Below, piece after piece: positions 34,363 through 44,684 of a stretch of DNA of 64,000 bases. A program made the position numbers and the translations under genes. Numbering within the stretch: position 1 is the first letter of the stretch; each line of letters opens with the position of its first letter. The notes under the pieces were generated by a model, which was given only the letters and a program-made list of their open reading frames with translations, did no database searches and was not told the origin of the DNA. The stretch comes from an uncultured Candidatus Binatia bacterium. GTDB taxonomy: Bacteria > Desulfobacterota > Binatia > UBA9968 > JAJDTQ01. Where the stretch lies: contig OZ251459.1 in the NCBI GenBank assembly GCA_965242525.1, positions 1,184,001 through 1,248,000 of the forward strand, read 5' to 3'.

Positions 34363-35313
34363 CTATGCCTGGGCCAGCACCCTGTCCATGGCGCCCACGA
34401 GCTCCTGCACGCGGGACAGGGAGCGGTCGAACGCGCCCTTCTCGTCGGGGGTCAGGTCGATCTCGATGACCTGCTCCACGCCGCCGGCCCCGATCAGCAC
34501 CGGCACGCAGAAATAGCAGCCCTGAACGCCGTACTCGCCTTCGAGCCAAGCCGCGCAGGGCAGGACTTCCTTCTTGTCCAGCAGGTACGCCTCGGCCATG
34601 CGCACCGCCGCGGACGCCGGCGCGTAGAAGGCGGAGCCGGTCTTCAGCAACCCGACGATCTCCCCGCCGGCCATGCGCACGCGTTGCTCGATCTCGTCCA
34701 GCCGCTCCGACGGGATGAGACGGTCCACCGGCGCCCCTCCCACCCGGCAGGTGCTCCTGACCGGCACCATGTCGTCGCCGTGGCCGCCCAGCACCATGGC
34801 GGTGACGCTCTCCACCGACCGGTCCAGCTCCCGGGCGATGAACGTCCGGTAGCGCGACGAGTCCAGGATGCCCGACTGCCCCACCACCCGGTTCCTGGGG
34901 AAACCGGTCACCCGGCGGCACAGGGTCACCATGGCGTCCAGCGGGTTGGTGATGACGATGACGAAGGCGTCCGGAGCGTACTGCCGGATGCCCTCGGACA
35001 CCTGGGTCATGATCCTGGCGTTGGTGCCCAGGAGGTCGTCCCGGCTCATGCCCGGCTTGCGGGCGATGCCCGCGGTCACGATGCAGACGTCGGCGCCCAC
35101 GATGTCCTCGTACCGGGTGGTGCCGGTGATGTCCGCGTCGAAGCCCTCGATGGGCGCGGACTGGAGCAGGTCCAGCGCCTTGCCCTGGGGCAGGCCGTCC
35201 ACCACGTCGAACAGCACCACGTCTCCCAGCTTCTTGAGGGCGCACAGGTGGGCCATGGTGCCGCCGATGTTGCCGCCCCCGATCAATGCGATCTTGCGTC
35301 TGGAAATGGCCAT
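34363..35313 (-). CDS. mdh: Malate dehydrogenase (LDH-like type)
   Basis: [38 protein letters not shown]. Confidence 0.97.
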   Translation of the reverse strand: MAISRRKIALIGGGNIGGTMAHLCALKKLGDVVLFDVVDGLPQGKALDLLQSAPIEGFDADITGTTRYEDIVGADVCIVTAGIARKPGMSRDDLLGTNARIMTQVSEGIRQYAPDAFVIVITNPLDAMVTLCRRVTGFPRNRVVGQSGILDSSRYRTFIARELDRSVESVTAMVLGGHGDDMVPVRSTCRVGGAPVDRLIPSERLDEIEQRVRMAGGEIVGLLKTGSAFYAPASAAVRMAEAYLLDKKEVLPCAAWLEGEYGVQGCYFCVPVLIGAGGVEQVIEIDLTPDEKGAFDRSLSRVQELVGAMDRVLAQA

Positions 35314-35325
35314 GATAACAAGGAG

Positions 35326-36588
<1,263 letters not shown>

Positions 36589-36791
36589 GTTTCTCCCCTG
36601 GTCTTCGAGATTGGGCCCGAGGGCCGGTGTCCGGTACCGGAGACCCTGAGTCCGGGCGCGGCTTCGACGCGGCTCCACCCGCCCCGGTCAGGCTGTGAGT
36701 GCAGACGCTTGGCCCCCAGTCATTAACGAATCTCCGATGGCGAGTCAAGCAACGGAATGGGGAATGACGCTGGACAGAGGCCGACTTCCGT

Positions 36792-37136
36792 TCAACCTGC
36801 GGTTTCCCTGCGTCGTTTCCAAGATGCACATCCGGACGAAAGCGAACCTCGATCAAAATCATGATCGGGCGCCAGCTTGAGAGTCGGACGCATCGACAGC
36901 GCGGTCGCGATATCCGCGACCGTACGGAGCGTCAGATTCCTGCCGCCACCGAATACCTGGGATACGTAGCCCGGCGTACGACCCAAACGCCGGGCCAATT
37001 CCTTTCGGGTCACCCCGGCATCGTCAAGAGCCTGCGTCAACGTCTCCGTCACCTCCAGGAGCAGGTCTTCCTGTCGAACCAGACGATCGAAGTCCGCGTC
37101 GTACTCGACCGGCGAATCGTTTACGTACATTGCCAT
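36792..37136 (-). CDS. XRE-family HTH protein, putative HigA-like antitoxin
   Basis: GVTRKELARRLG...VSQV..G..NLTLRT; directly downstream of a toxin-like gene; AAGGAG RBS. Confidence 0.8.
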   Translation of the reverse strand: MAMYVNDSPVEYDADFDRLVRQEDLLLEVTETLTQALDDAGVTRKELARRLGRTPGYVSQVFGGGRNLTLRTVADIATALSMRPTLKLAPDHDFDRGSLSSGCASWKRRRETAG

Positions 37137-37141
37137 GACTG

Positions 37142-37510
37142 CTACTCCTTGAAATGGTTGTCGAGGTTCCTCGCCGCGACTTCCAGGTCACGAATCCTGT
37201 GTTTGTCCCGTTTCTTTCGGAGCCCGTGAGCGACTACAAACTCTTTTCTCGGCGAGAACGTACCGATAAACCGAAGTTGAAAGCTCTTGACCTCCCACAA
37301 CGCCTGTCCGCCGCACTCGCCGAGCTTTTCGAATCGCTCCCGAGACTTCACTTGGCCACGGTCCGCCAATCGCTTGAAGACCGCCTGAATCCTGGCGCGA
37401 TCGCGTTCATCCAATTGCAAAAAGAAATCGCGGGCCGGACTCCTGCCGGACTCGTCGACTGCCCATACGACTCTACCCCACTCACCCGATGCTGCAATCC
37501 GAATCGCCAC
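37142..37510 (-). CDS. RelE/ParE superfamily (HigB/Gp49-like) toxin
   Basis: GRSPARDFF..L, FEKL, LWEVKS..LRF, AHG..KK; toxin-first order with HTH gene. Confidence 0.78.
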   Translation of the reverse strand: MAIRIAASGEWGRVVWAVDESGRSPARDFFLQLDERDRARIQAVFKRLADRGQVKSRERFEKLGECGGQALWEVKSFQLRFIGTFSPRKEFVVAHGLRKKRDKHRIRDLEVAARNLDNHFKE

Positions 37511-37522
37511 ACTGAAGCAGGA

Positions 37523-37551
37523 ACTTTACATATATCTAAACCGAAAGTCAA
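37523..37551 (-). promoter_or_regulatory. Candidate sigma70 promoter and overlapping operator of the TA operon
   Basis: Minus strand TTGACT-N17-TAAAGT just upstream of GTG 37510; imperfect palindrome TTTACATATATCTAAA at 37525-37540. Confidence 0.65.
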
Positions 37552-37669
37552 TCCCCCTACCCAAATCCACTCAAGCTCGCAACGGAAGGAGGCGGCAAGA
37601 GGCCCGCGTTCCCGGGACCCGCGGGCCGGAACCTGCCATTTTCGCGTGAAACCGCTATATTGGCAGCCC

Positions 37670-38401
37670 ATGGTTCGGGATGGGATCTTGACCGTGCGGA
37701 TGGACCGGGTGTCCAAGGCCTATGGCGTCCTCTGGGCGCTCCGGGAGGTGCGCCTGGAGGTGGCGGCCGGGGAACGGGTGGCGCTCCTGGGTCCCAACGG
37801 GGCCGGCAAGACCACACTCCTGAAGCTGCTGGCCGCGTTGACCTACCCCACCGCCGGCGCCGTCGAGGTCTTCGGGCGGAAGCTCCCCTGCGGCAACTCG
37901 CCGCTCCGGGGCGCCATCGGGTTCCTGGCGGGGTCCGGCAACCACCTGTACGACCACCTGACGGTGAGCGAGAACCTGCGGTTCTTCGTCTCCCTCTACC
38001 GGAAGGACGTGGCCCCGGAGGAACGGGAGGAGGCGTTGGACCGGGTGGGGTTGTCCGAGCGGGCCCACGAGTACGCGTCGGCCCTGTCCCTGGGCATGCG
38101 CTGCCGCCTGGCCATGGCCAAATGGAGTCTGGTGAACCCCCGGCTGCTGCTGGCCGACGAGCCTTACGGCGCCCTGGACGCCGAGGGCGCGGACCTGCTG
38201 GACCGATTCCTCGAATCCCTCTGCGCCGCGGGCGGCGTGGTGGTGCTGGCCACCCACGACGTCCCGCGGGCCCTCGAACGATGCTCCCGGGCCGTCATCC
38301 TCGACCGGGGCCGGGTGGTCTTCGACGAGCATCGGCAAGACCCCTGGGACGGCTTCCATGCGGCCTTCGCCGCCCTTTCCCGCCGCGGCGGTGCGCGTTG
38401 A
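37670..38401 (+). CDS. ccmA: Heme ABC exporter ATP-binding protein
   Basis: GPNGAGKTT, LSLGM, LLADEP; first gene of the ccm operon. Confidence 0.9.
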   Translation: MVRDGILTVRMDRVSKAYGVLWALREVRLEVAAGERVALLGPNGAGKTTLLKLLAALTYPTAGAVEVFGRKLPCGNSPLRGAIGFLAGSGNHLYDHLTVSENLRFFVSLYRKDVAPEEREEALDRVGLSERAHEYASALSLGMRCRLAMAKWSLVNPRLLLADEPYGALDAEGADLLDRFLESLCAAGGVVVLATHDVPRALERCSRAVILDRGRVVFDEHRQDPWDGFHAAFAALSRRGGAR

Positions 38402-39078
38402 CCGGCGCCTGGGGACAGCTCTACCGGCTCCTGTGGAAGGACCTCCTGCTGGAGGCGCGCCGCCGCGACAACCTGACGTCGCTGGTGTTCTTCGCCCTCT
38501 CCCTGGTCTTCCTCTTCTCGTTCGCCTTCGAGGTCTCCGACCACAACGCCCCCCGCATGGCCCCCGGACTGTTGTGGCTCGCCTTCATGTTCAGCGGCAC
38601 CCTGGCCCTGGGCCAACTTTTCCAGGGGGACCGCGAGAACGACTGCCTGGACGCTCTCCTGCTGGCGCCCATGGACCGGGGCGCCTACTACCTCGCCAAG
38701 GTCTTCTTCAATTTTTCCTTGATGTTCCTGGTGGAACTCCTTGTTCTATCGTTATTCGGGGTCGTGTTCCGCCTGGACTTCTGGGACTTGCTGCCGAGCC
38801 TCTTGCTCTACACCCTGCTGGGGACCCTCGGCTTCTGCGTGGTGGGGGTGCTCTTCGCCGCGGCGACGCTGCGCGCCCGGGCCCGGGCGCTGCTGCTTCC
38901 CGTGCTGCTCTTCCCCCTGATGATCCCGGTGATCCTCGCCACCGTCCGCACCCTGGAGATCGTCCTGGGGGCAGGCCCCCCCGAGGACCTCACCCCCTGG
39001 TTCCGGCTGCTGGTAGGCTTCGACCTGATCTTCCTCACCGCAGGCTTCCTGCTGCTGGAATGGGTCCTCGACGGATAG
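38398..39078 (+). CDS. ccmB: Heme exporter permease
   Basis: KDLLLEARRR, PGLLW, LLLPVLLFPLMIPV; multi-TM; TTG start overlaps ccmA stop. Confidence 0.92.
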   Translation: MTGAWGQLYRLLWKDLLLEARRRDNLTSLVFFALSLVFLFSFAFEVSDHNAPRMAPGLLWLAFMFSGTLALGQLFQGDRENDCLDALLLAPMDRGAYYLAKVFFNFSLMFLVELLVLSLFGVVFRLDFWDLLPSLLLYTLLGTLGFCVVGVLFAAATLRARARALLLPVLLFPLMIPVILATVRTLEIVLGAGPPEDLTPWFRLLVGFDLIFLTAGFLLLEWVLDG

Positions 39079-39148
39079 GAGACGGGGAGCAAAGGCAAAC
39101 GAGGCGCCCGCGGTGGGAACTGCCGCCCGCCGATGCTATCATTGACGG

Positions 39149-39907
39149 GTGACCACCGTGACGACCGGCGAGAATCCGCCCGGGGCCGCCACCGGCGCCG
39201 ACCCGAGGCCTGCGAACGGAGGCTCCACCGCCCGACGAGTCCTCGGCGCCCTGGCCCTGGTCTTCATCGTCACCGGCCTCTACTGGGGGCTGGTGGAGGC
39301 GCCGCCGGACGCCCGGCAGGGCGAGACCCAGCGCATCATGTACCTCCACATCCCCAGCATACTGGTGGCGTACCTGTCGTTCTTCATCGTGTTCGTGGCG
39401 AGTTGCCTCTACCTGTGGAAAGGCGAGCGCCGGGACGACCTACTCGCCCACTCGGCCGCGGAGATCGGCGTGCTCTTCACCGCCCTGACCATCGTCGAGG
39501 GCTCCATCTGGGGCAAGCCCACCTGGGGCGTCTGGTGGACCGGGGACGCGCGCCTCACCCTCACCGCGGTGCTGTTGCTGATCTTCGTGGCCTACCTGCT
39601 GCTCCGGTCGCTCATCGAGGACCGGCGGCGCGCGGCCGTGTCCAGCGCCGTCCTCGGCATCATCGGCTTCCTGGACATCCCGTTGATCCACATGTCGGTG
39701 TACTGGTGGCGCACCCTGCACCAGCCCCCGTCCATACTGCGCCCGGACAAGGCGCCCTGGGACAACGTCCACGCGTCCATGCTGTGGCCCCTGGGCATCA
39801 ACTTCCTGGCGTTCCTCCTGCTGTTCTTCTACCTGCTGTCGCTGCGCATACGGCTCGGCGAACTGGAGGACCGGGCGGTCCAGGGGAGGCTGTCCGACGC
39901 CCGCTGA
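39149..39907 (+). CDS. ccmC: Heme exporter protein C
   Basis: RIMYLHIP, WWD-type GSIWGKPTWGVWWTGDARLT, WWRTLHQ. Confidence 0.95.
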   Translation: MTTVTTGENPPGAATGADPRPANGGSTARRVLGALALVFIVTGLYWGLVEAPPDARQGETQRIMYLHIPSILVAYLSFFIVFVASCLYLWKGERRDDLLAHSAAEIGVLFTALTIVEGSIWGKPTWGVWWTGDARLTLTAVLLLIFVAYLLLRSLIEDRRRAAVSSAVLGIIGFLDIPLIHMSVYWWRTLHQPPSILRPDKAPWDNVHASMLWPLGINFLAFLLLFFYLLSLRIRLGELEDRAVQGRLSDAR

Positions 39908-39926
39908 CGGGCCGGGAGCGCGAGAT

Positions 39927-40070
39927 ATGGGACACTGGGGCTTCGTCTTGCTGGCCTACGGCATCGTCTGGTGCAGCATCGTCATCTACCTGGCGCTCCT
40001 GAAGCGGCGCATCCGCAGGGCGGCCATGAGGTCCCGGCAGACCCGGACGGACGACCATGGACCGGCGTAA
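39927..40070 (+). CDS. ccmD: Heme exporter protein D (47 aa; absent from the supplied ORF track)
   Basis: MGHWGFVLLAYGIVWCSIVIYLALLKRRIRR...: FVxxAYG TM helix plus basic tail, between ccmC and ccmE. Confidence 0.8.
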   Translation: MGHWGFVLLAYGIVWCSIVIYLALLKRRIRRAAMRSRQTRTDDHGPA

Positions 40071-40494
40071 ACGTTTCCTCGTGGGCGGCCTCGTCATCGC
40101 CGGGGCCCTGGCCTACCTCATCTACGGGGCCATGCAGGAAGCCGTGGTCTATTTCGTCACCCCCACCGAGCTCCGCTCCGAGACCGCGCCGCCGGACCGG
40201 TTCCTCCGGGTCGGAGGCATGGTCCTGCCCGGGTCGCTGCGGAAGGACCTGGACCAACGCACGTTCCGTTTCCGCATCACCGACGGCCAGGAGTCCATGG
40301 CTGTGTTCTTCCAGGGCGTGCCCCCGGACCTCCTGGCCGAGGGCAAGGGCGCGGTGGTGGAGGGAAGGCTCGGGCGGGACGGGGTCTTCCGGGCCTCCAC
40401 GGTCATGGCCAAGCACGCCGAGGAGTACGGCCCGCACCAGGAGGGCGAGGACCCGGCCGGCCAACGAAGCTTCGTGCCCGCGGGCGCTCCGTGA
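40057..40494 (+). CDS. ccmE: Cytochrome c maturation heme chaperone
   Basis: YFVTPTE, RVGGMV, PDL..EG.GAVVEG, MAKHAEEY (HxxxY). Confidence 0.95.
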   Translation: MDRRKRFLVGGLVIAGALAYLIYGAMQEAVVYFVTPTELRSETAPPDRFLRVGGMVLPGSLRKDLDQRTFRFRITDGQESMAVFFQGVPPDLLAEGKGAVVEGRLGRDGVFRASTVMAKHAEEYGPHQEGEDPAGQRSFVPAGAP

Positions 40495-42452
40495 CCGCAA
40501 CCCTGGGACATAGCTGCATCCTGCTGGCGCTGGTCCTCGCGCTGTGGGGCATCGCCGCCCCGGTCCTCCACGCGCGCACCGGCATCGCCGGATTCCACGC
40601 TTCCGCCCGCTACGCGGTAGCGGGCCAGTTCCTCCTCGTCACCGCGGCTGCGGGGGCGCTGATCTACGCGCTGGTGGCCACGGACTTCTCCATCCGGTAC
40701 GTGGCCTTCAACACCACCCGGAACACCCCGGTGTACTACCGGGTCACCGGGCTATGGGGCGCCCTCGAAGGCTCCCTGCTGCTGTGGGAATGGGTCCTGG
40801 TCATCTTCTCGGCCCTGGTGGCGTGGCGCTACCGCAAACGCCTGCAGGAGTTCATGCCCTGGGTCCTGATGGTATTCTCCATCGTCTCGGCCTTCTTCCT
40901 CGCGGTCATCGGCTTCGTCTCCAACCCCTTCGAGACCCTCTTCCCCGCACCCGCGGACGGGCGCGGGCTGAACCCGCTCCTGGAAGACGCCAACATGCTG
41001 AGCCACCCTCCCCTGCTCTACGCGGGCTTCGTGGGGCTCACCGTGCCGTTCGCCTTCGCCATGGCCGCGCTCATCCGGGGCAAGCTGGACCACCTGTGGA
41101 TCGTGGCAACCCGGCGCTGGACCATCGCCGCCTGGCTCTTCCTGACCCTGGGCAACCTGGTGGGCGCCTGGTGGTCGTACCACGTCCTCGGCTGGGGCGG
41201 GTACTGGGCCTGGGACCCGGTGGAGAACGCCGCCTTCATGCCGTGGCTGCCGGCCACCGCGTTCCTGCACTCGGTGCAGGTCCAGGAACGGCGCGACATG
41301 CTCAGGACCTGGAACCTGCTGCTGATCATCCTGGCCTTCAGCCTCACCATCTTCGGCACCTTCCTCACGCGCTCGGGCATACTCTCCTCCATCCACGCCT
41401 TCTCGTCCGGGCCCGTGGGGTTCGTCTTCCTCGGCTTCCTGGCCTTCGTCCTGGTCTCGTCCCTGGGGCTGCTGGCCTGGCGCAGCGACCGGCTCCGGGG
41501 GCAGCCCGAGCTCGACTCGGTGGTGAGCCGGGAATCCGCCTTCGTCCTCAACAACGTGGTGTTCGTGTCCGCGCTGTTCACCATATTCCTGGGCACGGTC
41601 TTTCCGCTGCTGTCCCAGGCCGTGGCCGGGGTCCAGGTGAGCGTCGGCGCCCCCTACTTCAACGCGGTGACCGTGCCCCTGTTCCTGCTGCTGGTGTTCC
41701 TCATGGGGGTCGGCCCGCTCATTGCCTGGCGCCGGGCTTCGTGGGACAACCTCAAGCGGAACTTCACCTGGCCCGCGGCCGCGTCCCTGGCCGTGGCCCT
41801 GGGCCTGTTCGCGGGCGGCGTCCGCTCGTTCCTGTCCCTCCTGGGGTTCACCCTCTGCGCCTTCGCGGTCTGGACCATGGTCTTCGACACCGCCCTCTCC
41901 CTGCGGGCCCGGCGGCGGCATGCGGGAGAGGGGCTGCTGCGGGGCCTCGGCTCCCTGGTCCGGCGCAACCAGCGCCGCTACGGCGGGTTCGTGGTGCACC
42001 TGGGCGTGGTCCTGGTGGTCCTGGGGGTGGCCGGCTCCATGACCTACAGCATCGAGCGGGAGGCGACCCTGGGCGTGGGCGAGTCCCTGGCCGCGGGTCC
42101 CTACCGGGTGGTCTTCGAGGGCTTGCAGGGCTCGCAGCAGCCCACCCACTACCGGGTGGAGGGACGGTTCCGGGTCTCCCGGGACGGGCGCGCCCTCGGA
42201 CGCCTGTCCCCCGCCCTCAAGTTCTTCCCGAACCAGGAGTCGCCCATCGGGCGAGCGGTCTTCCGCAGCACCCTGAAGGAGGACCTCTACCTGATCCTTT
42301 CGGGGTTCAGCGACGTGGACAGGAACCGGGCCACCCTGAAGGCGCTGGTCCGGCCCCTGGTGCTGTGGATCTGGCTCGGCGGCGCGGTCATGGCCATCGG
42401 CACGCTCATGGCCATCCTGCCCCTGGGCCGGCCCGGGGAGAGGGCAAGTTGA
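40491..42452 (+). CDS. ccmF: Cytochrome c heme lyase
   Basis: WGALEGSLLLW, GLNPLL, HPP, LGWGGYWAWDPVENA, TRSG..SIHAF. Confidence 0.97.
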   Translation: MTATLGHSCILLALVLALWGIAAPVLHARTGIAGFHASARYAVAGQFLLVTAAAGALIYALVATDFSIRYVAFNTTRNTPVYYRVTGLWGALEGSLLLWEWVLVIFSALVAWRYRKRLQEFMPWVLMVFSIVSAFFLAVIGFVSNPFETLFPAPADGRGLNPLLEDANMLSHPPLLYAGFVGLTVPFAFAMAALIRGKLDHLWIVATRRWTIAAWLFLTLGNLVGAWWSYHVLGWGGYWAWDPVENAAFMPWLPATAFLHSVQVQERRDMLRTWNLLLIILAFSLTIFGTFLTRSGILSSIHAFSSGPVGFVFLGFLAFVLVSSLGLLAWRSDRLRGQPELDSVVSRESAFVLNNVVFVSALFTIFLGTVFPLLSQAVAGVQVSVGAPYFNAVTVPLFLLLVFLMGVGPLIAWRRASWDNLKRNFTWPAAASLAVALGLFAGGVRSFLSLLGFTLCAFAVWTMVFDTALSLRARRRHAGEGLLRGLGSLVRRNQRRYGGFVVHLGVVLVVLGVAGSMTYSIEREATLGVGESLAAGPYRVVFEGLQGSQQPTHYRVEGRFRVSRDGRALGRLSPALKFFPNQESPIGRAVFRSTLKEDLYLILSGFSDVDRNRATLKALVRPLVLWIWLGGAVMAIGTLMAILPLGRPGERAS

Positions 42453-43018
42453 ACCCGGCCGCTCGAAGGTTGGTCCTGGCCCTCACCTGCGTGGGTCTCC
42501 TCGTGGTCCTCCTCTATTCCGGCGTCGGCCGCGACCCGCGCTACATCCCCTCGCCCCTGCTCGGCCGCGAAGCGCCCGATTTCTCCCTCGAACTGTTCAG
42601 CGGCGAGACCGTGCGCCTGTCGGAGTTTCGGGGCAAGACCGTGCTGGTGGACTTCTGGGCGTCCTGGTGCCTGCCCTGCCGGGAGGAGGCCCGGGACCTG
42701 GAGGCGGCATGGAAGCGGCAAGGGGACCACGTGGCGTTCATCGGCGTCAACGTACAGGACCGGGAGGAAGACGCCCTCGGATTCATCGAGGAGTTCGGGG
42801 TCTCCTTTCCCAACGGCCCGGACCCCGGCGGCAGGATCGCGTTGGACTACGGCGTCTGGGGCGTTCCCGAGGCGTTCTTCATCAGCCCCCGGGGCCGGAT
42901 CACCTACAAGCACGTGGGCCCCATCCCGCCCTCGGTGCTGGCCGCCAAGCTGCGCGAAGCCCGGCGGGACCGGGTCAGCGCCGAAGGCCGCGGGGGCGGA
43001 CACGAGGCCATCCGATGA
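42449..43018 (+). CDS. ccmG: Thiol:disulfide oxidoreductase CcmG/DsbE (TlpA-like)
   Basis: N-terminal TM, IPSPL, FWASWCLPC, YGVWGVPE. Confidence 0.9.
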   Translation: MNPAARRLVLALTCVGLLVVLLYSGVGRDPRYIPSPLLGREAPDFSLELFSGETVRLSEFRGKTVLVDFWASWCLPCREEARDLEAAWKRQGDHVAFIGVNVQDREEDALGFIEEFGVSFPNGPDPGGRIALDYGVWGVPEAFFISPRGRITYKHVGPIPPSVLAAKLREARRDRVSAEGRGGGHEAIR

Positions 43019-44586
43019 GCACGAAAGCGCAAGCAGGCGCCGCGGCCTGGGCGCTGGTCCTCGCACTCTGCTGCAACGTCCACGCGGACCAGGCGCTGGA
43101 AGACCGGGTGCGCGCCATCGCTTCGGAACTGCGCTGCGTGGTGTGCCAGAACCTCTCGGTGGCCGACTCCCCGTCCGAGACCGCGGTGCAGATGCGCGGG
43201 GTCGTGCGCGAGCAACTCCGGGCCGGCAAGACCCCCGACGAGGTCCGGAGCTATTTCGTCTCCCGGTACGGCGAGTGGGTCCTGCTCGCGCCGCCGGCCC
43301 GCGGCTTCAATTGGGCCGTGTGGGTCCTGCCCTTCGCGGCGCTGCTCGGGGGCCTCTACTTCGCCGTCCGGGTGCTGCGCCGATGGAGCGGACGCGCCCG
43401 GGACGAGCCCCGGGATCCCCCGGACCCGGAGCTGCTGCGGCAGGTCCGCGCCGCGGCGGCCGCGGCCGGCGATTTCCGGGAAGGCGAGTCCGAGGATCCA
43501 TCGGACCACCGGCGGACGCGCATCTACCGGGACCTCCGGGAGCTCGACCTCGACCATCGGGAAGGCAGGCTCTCCGCCGGGGACTACCAGGTCCTCAAGC
43601 GCCGCTACGAAGGCCAGGCCGTGCGCCTGCTGGAGGAGGCCGGGGAAGGCGCGCCGCGGCTGCCCGAGTCCGGGACGGGGCCGGGGACCCGCGCCGCGGG
43701 GAGCGGACGGACCTGGGCCCTGGCCGCGGGCGCAGCCCTGCTGCTGGCGGGGGGCGTCACCCTCGGACTGTTGCTGGGCCAGTCGCTGCGGCCCCGCTCC
43801 TCCACCGAGGACAGCATCACCGGCGACTTCCTGACCGGCACGGGACCCGGGGGCATCGGCCGCCCGGGGGCGTCCGACGCGCCCGAGGCGCTGCTGCGCC
43901 AAGGGCGGGACGCCTTGCAGCGGAAAGACTTCCGGGCCGCCATCGAGGCATTCCGGGAGGTGCTGCGCGGCGACCCCGGCCACCCCGAGGCCAACGCCTA
44001 CATGGGCGTCGTGCTGGCCCGGGCCGGGCACACGGAAGCCGCGCTGGCCGCGCTGGACCGGGCGTTGTCCCGGACGCCGGACCTGCCTCTGGCCCTGTGG
44101 GGCAAGGGCATGGTCCTCTACCGGGAAGGGCGCGACTTGGCCGGGGCCAGGGAGCACCTCCGGCGCCTGGAAGGGTTGTTGCCGCCCGGGGAGCAGCGGG
44201 AGGCGGTCCGGGGCATGATCGCGGACATGGACCCCGCGGCCGCGGCGGGCCGGAGCATCGCGGGAACCGTCCGACTGGCGCCCGGACGGACCGCGGAGGC
44301 GGGCGAACGCTCTACGCTCTTCATCGTGGCCCGGAGTCCCGGGGCGGGCCCCGGGGCGCCGCTCGCGGTCAAGCGCATCGTCCGGCCCTCCTTCCCCGTC
44401 TCGTTCACCCTGGGACCCGGCGACGTCATGATACCGGGAACGGCTTTCGACGGACCCGTGGACCTGAGCGCCCGCCTGGACCGGGACGGGGACCCGCTCA
44501 CGCGCGAGCCCGGAGATCCCGCGGGGGTTTACCCGGGGAACCCCGCTGCCCCCGGCGCCCGGAACGTGGCCATCGTCCTGGAGTAA
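43015..44586 (+). CDS. ccmH: CcmH-CcmI fusion (LRCxxC domain, TM segments, TPR, C-terminal Ig-like domain)
   Basis: LRCVVCQN.SVADS, RYGEWVL..P, LRELDLD..EGRLS..DY..L..RY, TPR helices, PLAVKR..FPVSFTL...DVMIPG..ARLDRDG. Confidence 0.9.
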   Translation: MSTKAQAGAAAWALVLALCCNVHADQALEDRVRAIASELRCVVCQNLSVADSPSETAVQMRGVVREQLRAGKTPDEVRSYFVSRYGEWVLLAPPARGFNWAVWVLPFAALLGGLYFAVRVLRRWSGRARDEPRDPPDPELLRQVRAAAAAAGDFREGESEDPSDHRRTRIYRDLRELDLDHREGRLSAGDYQVLKRRYEGQAVRLLEEAGEGAPRLPESGTGPGTRAAGSGRTWALAAGAALLLAGGVTLGLLLGQSLRPRSSTEDSITGDFLTGTGPGGIGRPGASDAPEALLRQGRDALQRKDFRAAIEAFREVLRGDPGHPEANAYMGVVLARAGHTEAALAALDRALSRTPDLPLALWGKGMVLYREGRDLAGAREHLRRLEGLLPPGEQREAVRGMIADMDPAAAAGRSIAGTVRLAPGRTAEAGERSTLFIVARSPGAGPGAPLAVKRIVRPSFPVSFTLGPGDVMIPGTAFDGPVDLSARLDRDGDPLTREPGDPAGVYPGNPAAPGARNVAIVLE

Positions 44587-44684
44587 CCCGCGGGCGCCTC
44601 ATGGGCGGACCGCGGCAAACGCGGAAACTTCCGGGAAGTCGGGCCTTCGCTCTCTCGGGTCGGTTTCGGGAGAAGGAAAGGCAA

